From positions 1 to 44,375 of the forward strand of contig JBKHIT010000040.1 of NCBI GenBank assembly GCA_046538485.1: 44,375 nt of DNA, given 5' to 3'. Shown here one piece after another: positions 1 through 10,146 of the stretch (the stretch's first letter is position 1; every line of letters begins with the position of its first letter). A program made the position numbers and the translations under genes. The DNA comes from Candidatus Brocadiia bacterium. Its GTDB lineage: Bacteria; Planctomycetota; Brocadiia; SM23-32. The notes beneath the pieces are model-generated. The model saw only the letters and a program-made list of their open reading frames with translations, did not search any database and had not been told where the DNA came from.

Positions 1-201
1 CGTGCAGGCTGTGGCAGCGAACCAGAGTTCCAGGCTGAAATAGACAACCGCGACGGCGTACAGGGCAACTGCCGTAATTAAAGAGGTCTGTAGCGTTACC
101 GTGCCGGCCTTCTCCTTGAATCCGTACATAATCTGCGGAATGAGAGCATATCCAAACGCCACCGAGCAGATGGTAAGGGTTATGTCCTGCCATTCCGGCA
201 T
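1..201 (-). CDS. Small PQ-loop/SemiSWEET-like membrane protein, 3'-truncated by the window edge
   Basis: Not in the ORF track. Manual translation from ATG at 201 (GGAG 9 nt upstream): MPEWQDITLTICSVAFGYALIPQIMYGFKEKAGTVTLQTSLITAVALYAVAVVYFSLELWFAATACT. Hydrophobic helices with an ALIPQ motif. Confidence 0.7.
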   Translation of the reverse strand, partial: MPEWQDITLTICSVAFGYALIPQIMYGFKEKAGTVTLQTSLITAVALYAVAVVYFSLELWFAATACT

Positions 202-594
202 GTTGATGATCTCCAGGAAGTTCTATTTGAGCCGATGCGCGTGAGCGGAGAAATCCAATTTTGTTCCCTGCAATCAGACGACGTTATGATAGAATGACAA
301 AAACCCCAAAGGCAAATAGTGTTGAAAGTAAGGGGCGTCCGATAACAATGGGGAACCAGCGCCGCATATTTGGCTCGGGGTGGAGTAGTCTGAATGGCCG
401 CGTAGCCTTGGGCAAGAGGAGACCAGAAATCAAACAAGCTCTGAAAGAGCGACACAATGCTGCCGAGCGGGAGTCTTTTGCGCCCGGGGGCTGCGGGCGG
501 TAGCATGGGGCATGAGTTGCCCCCTTACTCAAGAGGATTGGGCGCTTCGCTCCAGATATGTTGGTTAGAAAAATTTCATCACAGGCACTTCGCT

Positions 595-3318
595 ATGGGA
601 TACATTGGGATCAAACGGCTTTTGATCGCGGTTGTGGGTTCAATGATTGTCTTTGCATGTCCCGGCTGGGCCGCCTCCATCTGGAAAGAAGGCGAGGATG
701 CACGGACCTCACGGGTGGACAAACACCCCTGGTATAACAGCGTGAAACGCGATAAATTGTCGGGCGGTGACTGGTTATCGCATTTCGGCGCGAAACAGGG
801 GGAGGCGGAATACATGCTGACAATCACGAAAAGGGCGAGATATGTGCTGTGGGTCCGAGCAAACCCAACTAAGGCACGGCTGAGGTGGCGATTGGATGGC
901 GGAAAATGGCAGAATGCTCCCCTGGACCGGGCCCGCCATCGACGAAACATTGCTGCCGATGGTGCCCCGGATCTGCGGTTTATCGGATGGGTCAAAATTG
1001 GAACCAAAACCTTTGCCAAAGGGCAACATACCCTCTCTTTCCGGTTTGTAAGCAAGAACCACAACCACGGGGCAATCGATGTCATCTATCTTACCGATAC
1101 CGGTCGAGAACCCGCCGGGAAGATCCGGCCGGAACAGGCTGCTTCTCGACACGAAGAAGGCTACTTCGCGTGGGCCCCAGGGGTCGATCCGATAATGGAA
1201 CGGGGACGGGACTGTCCGATTGATCTCCGTTGGCTGAATGAGAGCACAGCCGGGGTCCACGGTTTTGTCATCCGAGAAGATGACCATCTCATAGTGGGGA
1301 GCGGCAAAAAGGTGCGGTTCTGGGCCGTCCAGGGTGGGCTCGGTAACACTCCCGACCAATTCGAGCGGCGGGCGCGCCGGCTTGCCAAATACGGAGTGAA
1401 TCTTGTTCGGATGGGGGGAGATAAATTTTTTGAGACCTGGCGGCACGACAAGAAAGCATTCCGCCAGCATCTGGATCAACTGCATAAAAAGGTGGCTTCC
1501 CTGAAACGAAACGGAATTTATACTTACCTTGACCACTTGTACTGGCACACGCATGATAAAATTAGCAAGGAGATTTACCCGGGGTTCGGCAGCGGCAAAA
1601 ATGCTATCGCCCTGCTGTTTTTCAGTGATAAGTTTCAATCCGTCTATCTGAACTTTTTGGAAGACTTGCTGACGACGAACAATCCGTACACGGGACGTTC
1701 GATGGGCAAAGATTCAGCCGTTGCGTTTGTGGAAATTCAAAATGAAAGTAGCCTTCTGTTCTGGACGTTCAAACCGTCGCAATTTCCGGCGACGGAACGT
1801 GAACTTGTCGAGAAGAAATTTGGGGATTGGCTGAAGAACAAATACGGATCGTTGGGAAAAGCACGGCGGGCGTGGGGCGCCAATCCTCGGAAAGGGAAAC
1901 TGACCGATGACGTGTTCGCTGCGGGCCGCGTGGGATTGTATTCGGCCGGCATGTTGACGGGTCATCGTTGGGCGCGGAACGGTCGCAATCCCCGTCGCGC
2001 CACAGACCAGCTGCAGTTCATGGTTGAGTCGCAGAAACAGTTTTATGAGATGATGAAAAAACGATTGCGGGAGGATGCGGGATCCCTCCAGCTTGTCGTG
2101 GGCAGCAACTGGAAGACGGCCGACGCCAGAATTCTCGGAGCGCTGGAGCGCTACACCTATACCGGGGCCGACGTGGTTGCGAGAAACACGTATTTTGGCG
2201 TTGATTATAAGAAAGGCGGACGCCAGAAGTTTTATGCCCTCGAGCGTGGTGACACGTTCCGTGCACACAGCGCGTTGAAGGCACCGCATAAACCGACGCC
2301 TCCCGGAACTCCCCAACCCGCGAATTATCCGTTTATGATTACCGAGAACAACTGGACGCGTCCAAACCCCTACCGCGCCGAATGGCCCCTTATCGTGGCC
2401 TGTTACGGAAGCATGCTGGGGATCGACGGGTGGACTTTTTTCGCCAAGAAAGCCACCGACTGGCGCCACAATATTGGCGTGTGGGATGTGAGCAATCCAT
2501 CGGTTCTTGGACAGTTCCCCGCTGCGGCACTGATCTACCGTCGTGGCGATGTCCAGGAAGCCAAACGTTCCGTCGTTCGGGAAAGTGTCTCCCTGCCGCG
2601 TGCGTATGCCATGGAGGGGACGGCGGCTGTCGAACTGCGGGGCAAAGATGCCTTGTGGCAGAGCCGCCTGGGGAAGGAGCACAGCGATCGGAGCGGAGCC
2701 GGGGACGTCGATGTGAATCCACTGGCGTACTTCATGGGGCCGGTCGTGCAGCAGTTCGGCGATGCGCCGGCCCGGGTCCAAATACGCGATATCCAACAGT
2801 TTATCAATCGGCGATCCCGGACGGTCAGGAGCATCACGGGGGAGCTAACATGGGACGCCCGCCGTGGGGTGATGATGGTGGATACGCCCTTTGCCCAGGG
2901 CGCCTGGGGTTTCCTTGGGGAAGCCGGGGTCATATGTCTCGGGGACGTTGCCCTTGATGTCAAAAACAACTACGGTGCGGTCGTTGCTGTTTCGCTGGAT
3001 GGGAAACCTCTGGCGTCATCGCAGAAAATACTGATCCAGGCCGGCACGATGGACAAACCCTACGGGTATGAGACGAGGGAGGTCGGCAAATATCGGCGGA
3101 TCACTGATCTTGGAGGATTTCCCCTCAACGTTCGGCGCATACGCGCGGCGGTTGAAATCCGAACCTCTTCCGACAATGTCATCGTCCTGGATGGTAACGG
3201 TTATCCGAGGGAGAGGTGGGCAAAGAAGGAACGGAAAGGGAGTAAACTGCAGCTTGAGCTACCCGAAGATTCGCTTTATACCCTATGTACCTCGAAAGAG
3301 CCGCCCTCCCGTCGCTGA
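595..3318 (+). CDS. Secreted clan GH-A (GH5-like) glycoside hydrolase with N-terminal CBM-like domain
   Basis: Signal-like N-terminus (MGYIGIKRLLIAVVGSMIVFACPGWAA); LAKYGVNLVR; acid/base-like VEIQNE; nucleophile-like FMITE. Start moved from 457 to ATG 595. Confidence 0.7.
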   Translation: MGYIGIKRLLIAVVGSMIVFACPGWAASIWKEGEDARTSRVDKHPWYNSVKRDKLSGGDWLSHFGAKQGEAEYMLTITKRARYVLWVRANPTKARLRWRLDGGKWQNAPLDRARHRRNIAADGAPDLRFIGWVKIGTKTFAKGQHTLSFRFVSKNHNHGAIDVIYLTDTGREPAGKIRPEQAASRHEEGYFAWAPGVDPIMERGRDCPIDLRWLNESTAGVHGFVIREDDHLIVGSGKKVRFWAVQGGLGNTPDQFERRARRLAKYGVNLVRMGGDKFFETWRHDKKAFRQHLDQLHKKVASLKRNGIYTYLDHLYWHTHDKISKEIYPGFGSGKNAIALLFFSDKFQSVYLNFLEDLLTTNNPYTGRSMGKDSAVAFVEIQNESSLLFWTFKPSQFPATERELVEKKFGDWLKNKYGSLGKARRAWGANPRKGKLTDDVFAAGRVGLYSAGMLTGHRWARNGRNPRRATDQLQFMVESQKQFYEMMKKRLREDAGSLQLVVGSNWKTADARILGALERYTYTGADVVARNTYFGVDYKKGGRQKFYALERGDTFRAHSALKAPHKPTPPGTPQPANYPFMITENNWTRPNPYRAEWPLIVACYGSMLGIDGWTFFAKKATDWRHNIGVWDVSNPSVLGQFPAAALIYRRGDVQEAKRSVVRESVSLPRAYAMEGTAAVELRGKDALWQSRLGKEHSDRSGAGDVDVNPLAYFMGPVVQQFGDAPARVQIRDIQQFINRRSRTVRSITGELTWDARRGVMMVDTPFAQGAWGFLGEAGVICLGDVALDVKNNYGAVVAVSLDGKPLASSQKILIQAGTMDKPYGYETREVGKYRRITDLGGFPLNVRRIRAAVEIRTSSDNVIVLDGNGYPRERWAKKERKGSKLQLELPEDSLYTLCTSKEPPSRR

Positions 3319-3369
3319 CATAGATTATGTCTGGTCTGCACCTTACGGATGGGGTGCAAAAAAATAGAA

Positions 3370-3410
3370 AAAGCCCCGAAAACGCCTCTGGAGGCTTTTC
3401 TCGGGGCTTT
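3370..3410. terminator. Bidirectional intrinsic terminator between the glycosidase and tRNA-Asp
   Basis: AAAGCCCCGA...TCGGGGCTTT inverted repeat, A-rich on the left, between convergent genes. Confidence 0.7.
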
Positions 3411-3415
3411 GTAAG

Positions 3416-3493
3416 TGGCGAGGCCGAGGAGACTCGAACTCCCAACCTTCGGATCGACAGTCCGATGCTCTAACCAAATTGAGCTACGGCCCC
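3416..3493 (-). tRNA. tRNA-Asp(GTC)
   Basis: GGGGCCGTAGCTCAATTTGGTTAGAGCATCGGACT-GTC-GATCCGAAGGTTGGGAGTTCGAGTCTCCTCGGCCTCGCCA; cloverleaf, G73, encoded CCA. Confidence 0.96.
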
Positions 3494-3512
3494 ACCGAAT
3501 CCCGGATCCCAT

Positions 3513-3541
3513 ATTCTAATACCGGTCTTCGAGAGTGTCAA
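3513..3541 (-). promoter_or_regulatory. Sigma70-type promoter of tRNA-Asp
   Basis: TTGACA-17 nt-TAGAAT on the minus strand, 19 nt upstream of the tRNA. Confidence 0.75.
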
Positions 3542-3580
3542 GTTCAGCACGCTTGAATGTTCTGTGCCAGGAGCATATTC

Positions 3581-3607
3581 TAGCCTGCATCTTACGGATG
3601 CAGGCTA
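3581..3607. repeat. Perfect 11-bp palindrome (REP-like hairpin)
   Basis: TAGCCTGCATC-TTACG-GATGCAGGCTA; a 15/16 copy of its core lies at 3336-3351. Confidence 0.6.
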
Positions 3608-3879
3608 TGTAAAACGGCGCATGCCGTTCAGGCGTAAGAATTTACAATGACAAGAAGTGTTCACAATTCCCGGCCAGTGCTACTGTGCCGGAAGATCACG
3701 GTTTTCACTTGAAATGGCGTGATACTTTTCGACATTATTCTCGTAACCCGTTGCCTGAAAACCGATTACTGACCACCGCTCACCGCTCAGCCTTATTTTG
3801 GGGCTGGCTGGTAAAAGCCTTTCCGATGCCAAAAGTTCTACTGCGTTGATCGGCGAAAAACACTTCGAGGGAAAGCATT

Positions 3880-4761
3880 ATGAGTTATACGGGACTCACT
3901 GTAAAAGATACCGGTACATCACTCTATATTGGCACCGCAGGATGGTCTTACGACGATTGGAAGGGACGAGTCTACCCTGACGACGCGCCCTCGAATTTCC
4001 GGGGATTGAAATATCTCGCCGAAGCGTGCCGGTTCAATACAGTCGAACTGAATAACACATTCTACCGTCCACCGAAACCAGGTTATTCTTACGGTTGGCT
4101 CAATGACGTCAAAAACCGACCGGATTTCTGCTTTACAGTGAAACTCTGGAAACGTTTTACGCACGAAAGGGAGGAACCGTGGCAGCCAGGGGAGGTCCAG
4201 CAATTTCGCGAAGGGATTGGCCCTCTGATCGATGCCGATAAACTCGGGGCACTTCTGGTACAGTTCCCGTGGTCTTTCCGATTCAATAAAAAGAACCAGA
4301 ATTGGCTCGAAAACACGGTTGATGAATTTGCGGATCTGCCTCTGGTCGTCGAGGTCCGCAGCAAAGCATGGCTGGGAGACAGAGCACTGGAGTTCCTTCA
4401 GGGATTGGGGGTTAGTTTTTGCAATATCGATCAGCCTGCATACAACGGCAATATTCCGTTGACAGATTATGGGTTTGGAACTGTGGGGTATCTGCGGCTG
4501 CACGGAAGGAACTACGAAAGCTGGTTCTCGGACGATGCCGGACGGAACGAGCGGTACGATTATCTGTATTCAACGGATGAACTGGGCGAAATTCAGGCCG
4601 CTGCCCGCAACATTGCGGAAAAAGTCGAACAAATCTATGTTATTGCGAACAATCATTACGGCGGGCAGGCCCCGGCGAATGCTTTGCAATTGATGGATAT
4701 GTTGACAGAGCAACAGGCACCCCGGCCTGTGCCGCTGGCGGAACATTTTGACCTGCCGTGA
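3880..4761 (+). CDS. DUF72 (YecE/YunF family) protein
   Basis: YIGTAGWSY, TVELNNTFY, LLVQFP, VEVR, YLRLHGRN, RYDYLYS motifs. Confidence 0.92.
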   Translation: MSYTGLTVKDTGTSLYIGTAGWSYDDWKGRVYPDDAPSNFRGLKYLAEACRFNTVELNNTFYRPPKPGYSYGWLNDVKNRPDFCFTVKLWKRFTHEREEPWQPGEVQQFREGIGPLIDADKLGALLVQFPWSFRFNKKNQNWLENTVDEFADLPLVVEVRSKAWLGDRALEFLQGLGVSFCNIDQPAYNGNIPLTDYGFGTVGYLRLHGRNYESWFSDDAGRNERYDYLYSTDELGEIQAAARNIAEKVEQIYVIANNHYGGQAPANALQLMDMLTEQQAPRPVPLAEHFDLP

Positions 4762-4799
4762 AAAGGGGCGATTACAAACTCTCTTCTGGTGCTACCAGA

Positions 4800-5609
4800 T
4801 TAATAATAGTCCTCGAAAAGATTGTCGATATATTTATACAGGTTGTATGAGTGTGGCCAGTAGCAAGATTGATTGGTGGGGATAAACGCCTGCGCTCCGT
4901 CACAACGCATTGCATTCCCGCCGTCGAGGTGAGCCCACCGCCGTTGTTGCCAACCGGTGGTGACGCGGGGAGGAGGGAACCCCCGATAAGGTGTTGCATC
5001 ATGAATAATTACCTGATTTGCGTACTTCGGCATTCCAGGGCGGAAGTTCTGGAGGATAGCCAGATAGTCTTTCCCGCTCCAGTGCAGGCCTTTGGCAACA
5101 GTGCGGTAACTGTTGTAACGAAAACTGTAGTGCAATCCTGTACTGTAACCGCTCAATTTTGCCGGTACATCCATACTGGGGCAGGTAAATAGTACTTTTT
5201 GAATATACCCTTCCAGATGATAGGTCCGCCATGCTGTATACTCTCCGGGACTCCCCAAATTGTCGGCATACTGACAACTGTCTGTCCCGTACGTTGGATC
5301 AACATAGGGATAGAAGGGCCCGTGCTGATCGTAATCATCCGCGTACATCATAATACCCATGTAAATCTGTCTGAGGTTGTTCTTGCAGACAGTTTCCCGA
5401 GCGGCTTCCCGTGCCTGTTCAAGTGCCGGCATAAGCATCGCCGCGAGAATAGCTATTATGGCGATTACCACAAGAAGTTCAATCAGGGTGAAAGCCTGAC
5501 AATCGTTGTTTCTGGTTCTGGCCGATGAGCAAGAGGATAAGAATTTGGACGAGAGTGCAGAATATGTCCCTGGGAGTTTTCTTGTTTTCATTAAGCTTTT
5601 GTCTTGCAT
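4800..5609 (-). CDS. Prepilin-type N-terminal methylation / DUF1559 family protein
   Basis: [41 protein letters not shown] and C-terminal H-X9-DG ([12 protein letters not shown]). Start uncertain. Confidence 0.9.
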   Translation of the reverse strand: MQDKSLMKTRKLPGTYSALSSKFLSSCSSARTRNNDCQAFTLIELLVVIAIIAILAAMLMPALEQAREAARETVCKNNLRQIYMGIMMYADDYDQHGPFYPYVDPTYGTDSCQYADNLGSPGEYTAWRTYHLEGYIQKVLFTCPSMDVPAKLSGYSTGLHYSFRYNSYRTVAKGLHWSGKDYLAILQNFRPGMPKYANQVIIHDATPYRGFPPPRVTTGWQQRRWAHLDGGNAMRCDGAQAFIPTNQSCYWPHSYNLYKYIDNLFEDYY

Positions 5610-5945
5610 AATTCCTTTTCCCCGTTGCTGTATAATTTTTTCCTTTCACGTGGATCTAACAAGACATATTACATATTGAAGCGGTTATACGCAAGATTTT
5701 GTGGTCACCGGACGAATTTGCGCTGTTGCTCTTTTCAGTATTTATCGGGCACTATATAGCCAGCGCAGAGCGCTGGCAAGGCCCTGTTGAAACACAGATT
5801 GTTGGCAATGTGATATGCAGAGATGATTGCCAGTAGCCGAGACATGTCACGAGCCCTCTGTGCACGGCGCTCGGGAAGTGCGATCTGTAGTCACCTGCGG
5901 CGAAAAGAAGCCTCGGTTTTCTTTGCTTCCATCCCGTGATTAAAA

Positions 5946-6884
5946 TCAACCGTGAGCGCGGGCGACTTCCAGGAATGCGAGGATGTTTTCAAGTGGGACG
6001 TCGGACTGAATGCTCTGAGATGTTCCAAGAACATATCCGCCTCCCGCACCCAGAATATCGATTGTACGTTCGGTGTCGGCGCGAACTTCGTCGGGGGTTC
6101 CATAGGGCATGATTTGTTGGGTGCTGACACCGCCCCAGAACATAAGCTCGTCGCCGTAGTCGGATTTCAGTTGTTGCACATCCATGACTTCTGACTGCAC
6201 GGGATTAAGCGCCTGCAGACCGGCCTCGATAAGGTCGGGAATAATCACTTCGATGTCTCCGCACGAATGAACCCACAGATGTTTTCCGGACTCGCGCACA
6301 ATCTCGTAACATTCTGCCTCCGTATGGCGTATGTAGTGCCGCCACTGTTTTGGGCTGATGAGCAGTCCCTGCTGCCCGCCCCAGTCACTGCCCAACATAA
6401 ATCCGTCGATGCCCTCAACCGGTGTCAGGAGTCGCAGCATAACCTTGTTGATTTCCAGCATGCGGCCAAACAGTTTTTCCACGAATTCCGGGGACCGGAT
6501 CATATCGACCATCAGGTTTTCCATGCCTCGCAGCATCCAGGCTTTTTCAAAATTAAACGCATAAATCACGACCAGAATGTAACAATCGGTTGTCTTGCGC
6601 AGATTCTGAATATGTTCGACGAACTCCTCGAAACTTCCTCGGCCTTGAACAGGAGGGATGGTTTCAGGGACCGGTTCGTTTTGAAAATCTTCCGGGACAG
6701 TACAGAAACCCCACCAGGGAGGGCTGACTGTGCAGAGATAATTGCCGACCTCACGCGCGAGGTCGCTCGTGTCGAAATGTTCTTTCAGCATTTCGGCCGT
6801 GTCCCCGGTAAACTGCAAGGAGTAGGGCAGTCGGTGGGTTTCTTCGTGCTGCAACGCTTTATAAACGATTTCGCGTTTTGTCAT
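5946..6884 (-). CDS. Uroporphyrinogen decarboxylase-like (URO-D/MtaA-CmuA superfamily) protein
   Basis: LRGMENLMVD, GSDWGGQ, HSCG, LNPVQ, FWGGVSTQ, GGGYV motifs. Confidence 0.85.
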   Translation of the reverse strand: MTKREIVYKALQHEETHRLPYSLQFTGDTAEMLKEHFDTSDLAREVGNYLCTVSPPWWGFCTVPEDFQNEPVPETIPPVQGRGSFEEFVEHIQNLRKTTDCYILVVIYAFNFEKAWMLRGMENLMVDMIRSPEFVEKLFGRMLEINKVMLRLLTPVEGIDGFMLGSDWGGQQGLLISPKQWRHYIRHTEAECYEIVRESGKHLWVHSCGDIEVIIPDLIEAGLQALNPVQSEVMDVQQLKSDYGDELMFWGGVSTQQIMPYGTPDEVRADTERTIDILGAGGGYVLGTSQSIQSDVPLENILAFLEVARAHG

Positions 6885-7813
6885 TGTTCATCTGTCTCAA
6901 TTTGTTCCCAGGGGCCGGTCTGACCTCTGGATTTAAGGAAATGAGCGACTTTTTCAGCCGGAGGAAGGCCGGCGCGTCCGCCCAGACACGTCGCGCTGAT
7001 AGCGGCCGTAGCCGAGGCGAAAACGGCACATTGGCGGGCCGTCCAGCCCTGATTCAGAGCCCACGCATAACTTCCGTGAAATACGTCGCCCGTACCGCAT
7101 GTGTCGACCACGTCGACTTCAAAACCGTTCACATGGAATGGGCCCTCGGGTCCGACTCCGGCGCATCCGGCGCAACCCAGCGTAAGGATGGCCGTGTGCG
7201 GGCCCTTGTCGACGATGCGTTCGGTTTCTTCGATGGCCCTGGGAGGATTCTCCCGCCACTCAGGCCGATCGCTCCCGGCGACATATACATCAAGGTACGG
7301 GAAATAACCGGAATCATGATCTTCACGGAATTCTGTATCGATCATTGTTGTTTTGCCGAGTTCATGGGCTTTCTTCAGTACTGTCGTCGCATCGGGAATC
7401 CAGTTATCGATGTGAACGATTTGCGCCTCACTTACGTAGTCCCAGTCGATATCATCTGCGTCAATACGGGGCGGATTTGTCTGGAGGGCAAGGAAATGAC
7501 GTTCGCCCGTCTGAGCGTCTACAAGGACGAGGACCATCGGGGTAGCCCCATCTTTCACGACCGATTTCGAGACATCCACGCCGTATTCTTCAAGTCCGCT
7601 GAGAGCGTCCTGCCCCCGCTGGTCATCACCAACGGTAGTTATGAGACCGCAGTTTGCACCCAGCCGGGCGATAGCCGCGGCAGCTGTCGCCGCCGGTCCA
7701 CCACCCTGAATGCTGTATTCGGTGACTCGTCCTTCGGGCAGATGTGAGACGTCTTTGAGACGGTAGAGATGGTCAATTGTGGCCATTCCGATGGATACGA
7801 TAGAATGAGGCAT
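6881..7813 (-). CDS. PfkB family carbohydrate kinase
   Basis: GGGPAATAA..ARLG, VGDD and VVDTCGTGDVFHG signatures; 4-nt overlap with the next gene. Confidence 0.9.
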   Translation of the reverse strand: MPHSIVSIGMATIDHLYRLKDVSHLPEGRVTEYSIQGGGPAATAAAAIARLGANCGLITTVGDDQRGQDALSGLEEYGVDVSKSVVKDGATPMVLVLVDAQTGERHFLALQTNPPRIDADDIDWDYVSEAQIVHIDNWIPDATTVLKKAHELGKTTMIDTEFREDHDSGYFPYLDVYVAGSDRPEWRENPPRAIEETERIVDKGPHTAILTLGCAGCAGVGPEGPFHVNGFEVDVVDTCGTGDVFHGSYAWALNQGWTARQCAVFASATAAISATCLGGRAGLPPAEKVAHFLKSRGQTGPWEQIETDEQ

Positions 7814-8013
7814 ATTCTAAACATCCCTGGAAGCTATGGCAGTCGAAAAATCTCAAAGCATAAAATACTACAGTAAACTTGTTTTCGGGTAAACCTCCGG
7901 AACACGTTTACCTCAAGATGTGGTAAGAATGTAAGGGAAAGTAAGCGCAGAAGAAGCCAGAAAATGATGAGCCGTCCGAGAATGGGCGATGAAGAGCAGT
8001 CAAGGAGCTGATT

Positions 8014-9024
8014 TCAGCAAATGCGAGGCAGTTGTTCGCCGCTGAGCATTTGGACGAGACGGTGGGTGCCAAAATGCGTTTCGACGACGACTTCCTCTGC
8101 GTATTCTGCGGATATTTTGCCAACGGCAGCAGCATCCTGGCCATTTCCCAGCTTGTGCAGGGAAGCCAGCACACCCTCACTACTATCGGGGTCGATAACA
8201 GTCACCACGCGTCCCTCGCAGGCAAGATAGAGCGGATCGAGTCCCAGCAATTCACAGATTGAGCGGACACCCGGCCGAACGGGGATATCGTCTTCCTGCA
8301 GGATCACACCGAGATCGGAATCGTTGACAGCTTCGTTCAGGATCGTGGCCAGGCCTCCGCGCGTTACGTCGCGCAAGAACGGCACGCGTTGGGCGTTTTG
8401 CAGGATTGTCTGTGCGATATCGGTTACCGGCGCGCAATCGCTGAGAATCGCGGATTCGAGATTCAGGCCTTCCCGTTCCGAGAGGACGGCCGCTCCATGA
8501 TCACCGAGCGGACCGCTGACCAGGACGACATCTTCAGAGCGTATTTCCCCCGCTGGGAGAGATCCTTCCCGTCGGGATATTCCAATACCAGCGGTATTGA
8601 TAAATATTCGGTCGAGCTTCCCCCGAGGCACCACTTTAGTGTCGCCTGTGACCACTTCCACGCCGGCATATCGGCCGGCTTCCTGCATGGAGGCGAGGAT
8701 TTTGTGCAGGTCTGATTCGGGGAATCCTTCTTCGAGGATAAGTCCGCAGGACAGGAAAAGGGGCAGAGCCCCAGTGACCGCGATATCATTAACTGTTCCG
8801 TAGGTGGCCAGTTTGCCGATATTGCCGCCGGGGAAGAACGGTGGGTCGACGACGAAGGTGTCGGTTGTAAAAGCAACAGGGCCGCCGTGCATCTCGACAC
8901 GCGCGCTATCCGGTAAACCGGCAAGCAGTGGGGAATCGAAATATCGGAGTAAAACTTCGTCGATGAGTTCGTGGGTCAATTTGCCGCCGCTGCCATGTCC
9001 CAATTTGATGGTTTTGTCGGTCAT
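8014..9024 (-). CDS. hypE: Hydrogenase maturation carbamoyl dehydratase HypE
   Basis: GHGSGG, FPGGNIGKLA, GDTKVV, RDVTRGG, C-terminal LPRIC. Alternative start at 9036. Confidence 0.96.
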   Translation of the reverse strand: MTDKTIKLGHGSGGKLTHELIDEVLLRYFDSPLLAGLPDSARVEMHGGPVAFTTDTFVVDPPFFPGGNIGKLATYGTVNDIAVTGALPLFLSCGLILEEGFPESDLHKILASMQEAGRYAGVEVVTGDTKVVPRGKLDRIFINTAGIGISRREGSLPAGEIRSEDVVLVSGPLGDHGAAVLSEREGLNLESAILSDCAPVTDIAQTILQNAQRVPFLRDVTRGGLATILNEAVNDSDLGVILQEDDIPVRPGVRSICELLGLDPLYLACEGRVVTVIDPDSSEGVLASLHKLGNGQDAAAVGKISAEYAEEVVVETHFGTHRLVQMLSGEQLPRIC

Positions 9025-9057
9025 GATCAGTCTCATCTCCGGGAATAATCGGGGGAT

Positions 9058-10146
9058 TTAGTGCCGGTTGTATTTGTGGTAGGCGGCGCATGATCCTTCG
9101 GAAGACACCATGCACGGTCCGACGGGATTTTCAGGGGTACAGGTTTTACCGAAGAGCGGGCACTCCGGTGGTTGGATCAACCCCCGAAGGATTTCGTCGC
9201 AACGGCATGCCGTTGATTGCGGTGTAACCAGATTGGGATCAGGCGGAGCGAGCCGGTATTCGTTCCATTTCGGGCCAAGGTCCAGGCCGCTGGCCGGGAT
9301 CACTCCGACACCGCGCCACCGAGCAGTGGCGGACAACATTATTCGATCAATGAGTGCTCGTGCCTTTTTATTGCCGTCGAGCCGCACGGCTCGACCATAA
9401 GTGTTCTCTACCTCCGGTTCTCCCCGCACACAGAGTTCTGTCAGGCTCAATATACTGGCAAGGATATCGCCTGGTTCGAAACCGGTTATGCAGCAGGGGA
9501 CTCCGAATTCTTGCGGAATGAATTTGAACGGTTCAACGCCGCTGATTGTGCAAACGTGCCCGGGAAGGATAAAACCATCAAGCGCGACTTCGGGGGCTTC
9601 CAGGAGTGAACGCAGCGCAGGCGGCATGGTTTTATGCCCGCAAAGCACCTGGAAGTTTCCTTTATTATCCTCTCGTGCTTCGAGAAGTGTTGCAGCGACA
9701 GTGGGCGTGGTTGTTTCGAAACCGATGGCCAGAAAAACGACATTTCTTTCGGGGTTCTCGCGGGCGGCTTTAAGAGCATCGCGGGGTGAGTACACAACCT
9801 GGACGTCTATCTCGCCAGTAGCCGATGCTTCTTCAAGACTTTGTTGACTGCCGGGGACGCGGTAGAGATCCCCGAAGGTGGTCACGAGCATGCCATCTTG
9901 CCCCAGTTCGATAGCACGATCGATGTATGAAGTCGGGGTGACGCAGACCGGGCACCCGGGTCCGCTGAGAAGTTCAATGTTTTCGGGTAGCAATTGGGGG
10001 AGACCGAACCGATGGATGGCCATCGTGTGACCTCCACAGACTTCCATGAAACGCAACCTGTCGCCCGTTTTAGCCGCTTGCCTGCCGATGTAATTGGCAA
10101 GCGTTTTAACGTGTTCGGCGTTTCTGAATTCATCGATAAATTTCAT
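9058..10146 (-). CDS. hypD: Hydrogenase formation protein HypD
   Basis: MKFIDEFR, MEVCGGHT, GPGCPVC, GFETT, PCMVSSEGSCAAY. Confidence 0.96.
   Translation of the reverse strand: MKFIDEFRNAEHVKTLANYIGRQAAKTGDRLRFMEVCGGHTMAIHRFGLPQLLPENIELLSGPGCPVCVTPTSYIDRAIELGQDGMLVTTFGDLYRVPGSQQSLEEASATGEIDVQVVYSPRDALKAARENPERNVVFLAIGFETTTPTVAATLLEAREDNKGNFQVLCGHKTMPPALRSLLEAPEVALDGFILPGHVCTISGVEPFKFIPQEFGVPCCITGFEPGDILASILSLTELCVRGEPEVENTYGRAVRLDGNKKARALIDRIMLSATARWRGVGVIPASGLDLGPKWNEYRLAPPDPNLVTPQSTACRCDEILRGLIQPPECPLFGKTCTPENPVGPCMVSSEGSCAAYHKYNRH

Noticed and set aside
775..2796. Long antisense ORFs (e.g. 775-1638, 1714-2796, 6878-7747, 11705-12598)
   Set aside because: Shadows of well-supported genes on the opposite strand; no motifs.
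3325..3337. 13-nt match TTATGTCTGGTCT to the reverse complement of 34277-34289
   Set aside because: Matches of this length are expected by chance in 44 kb.
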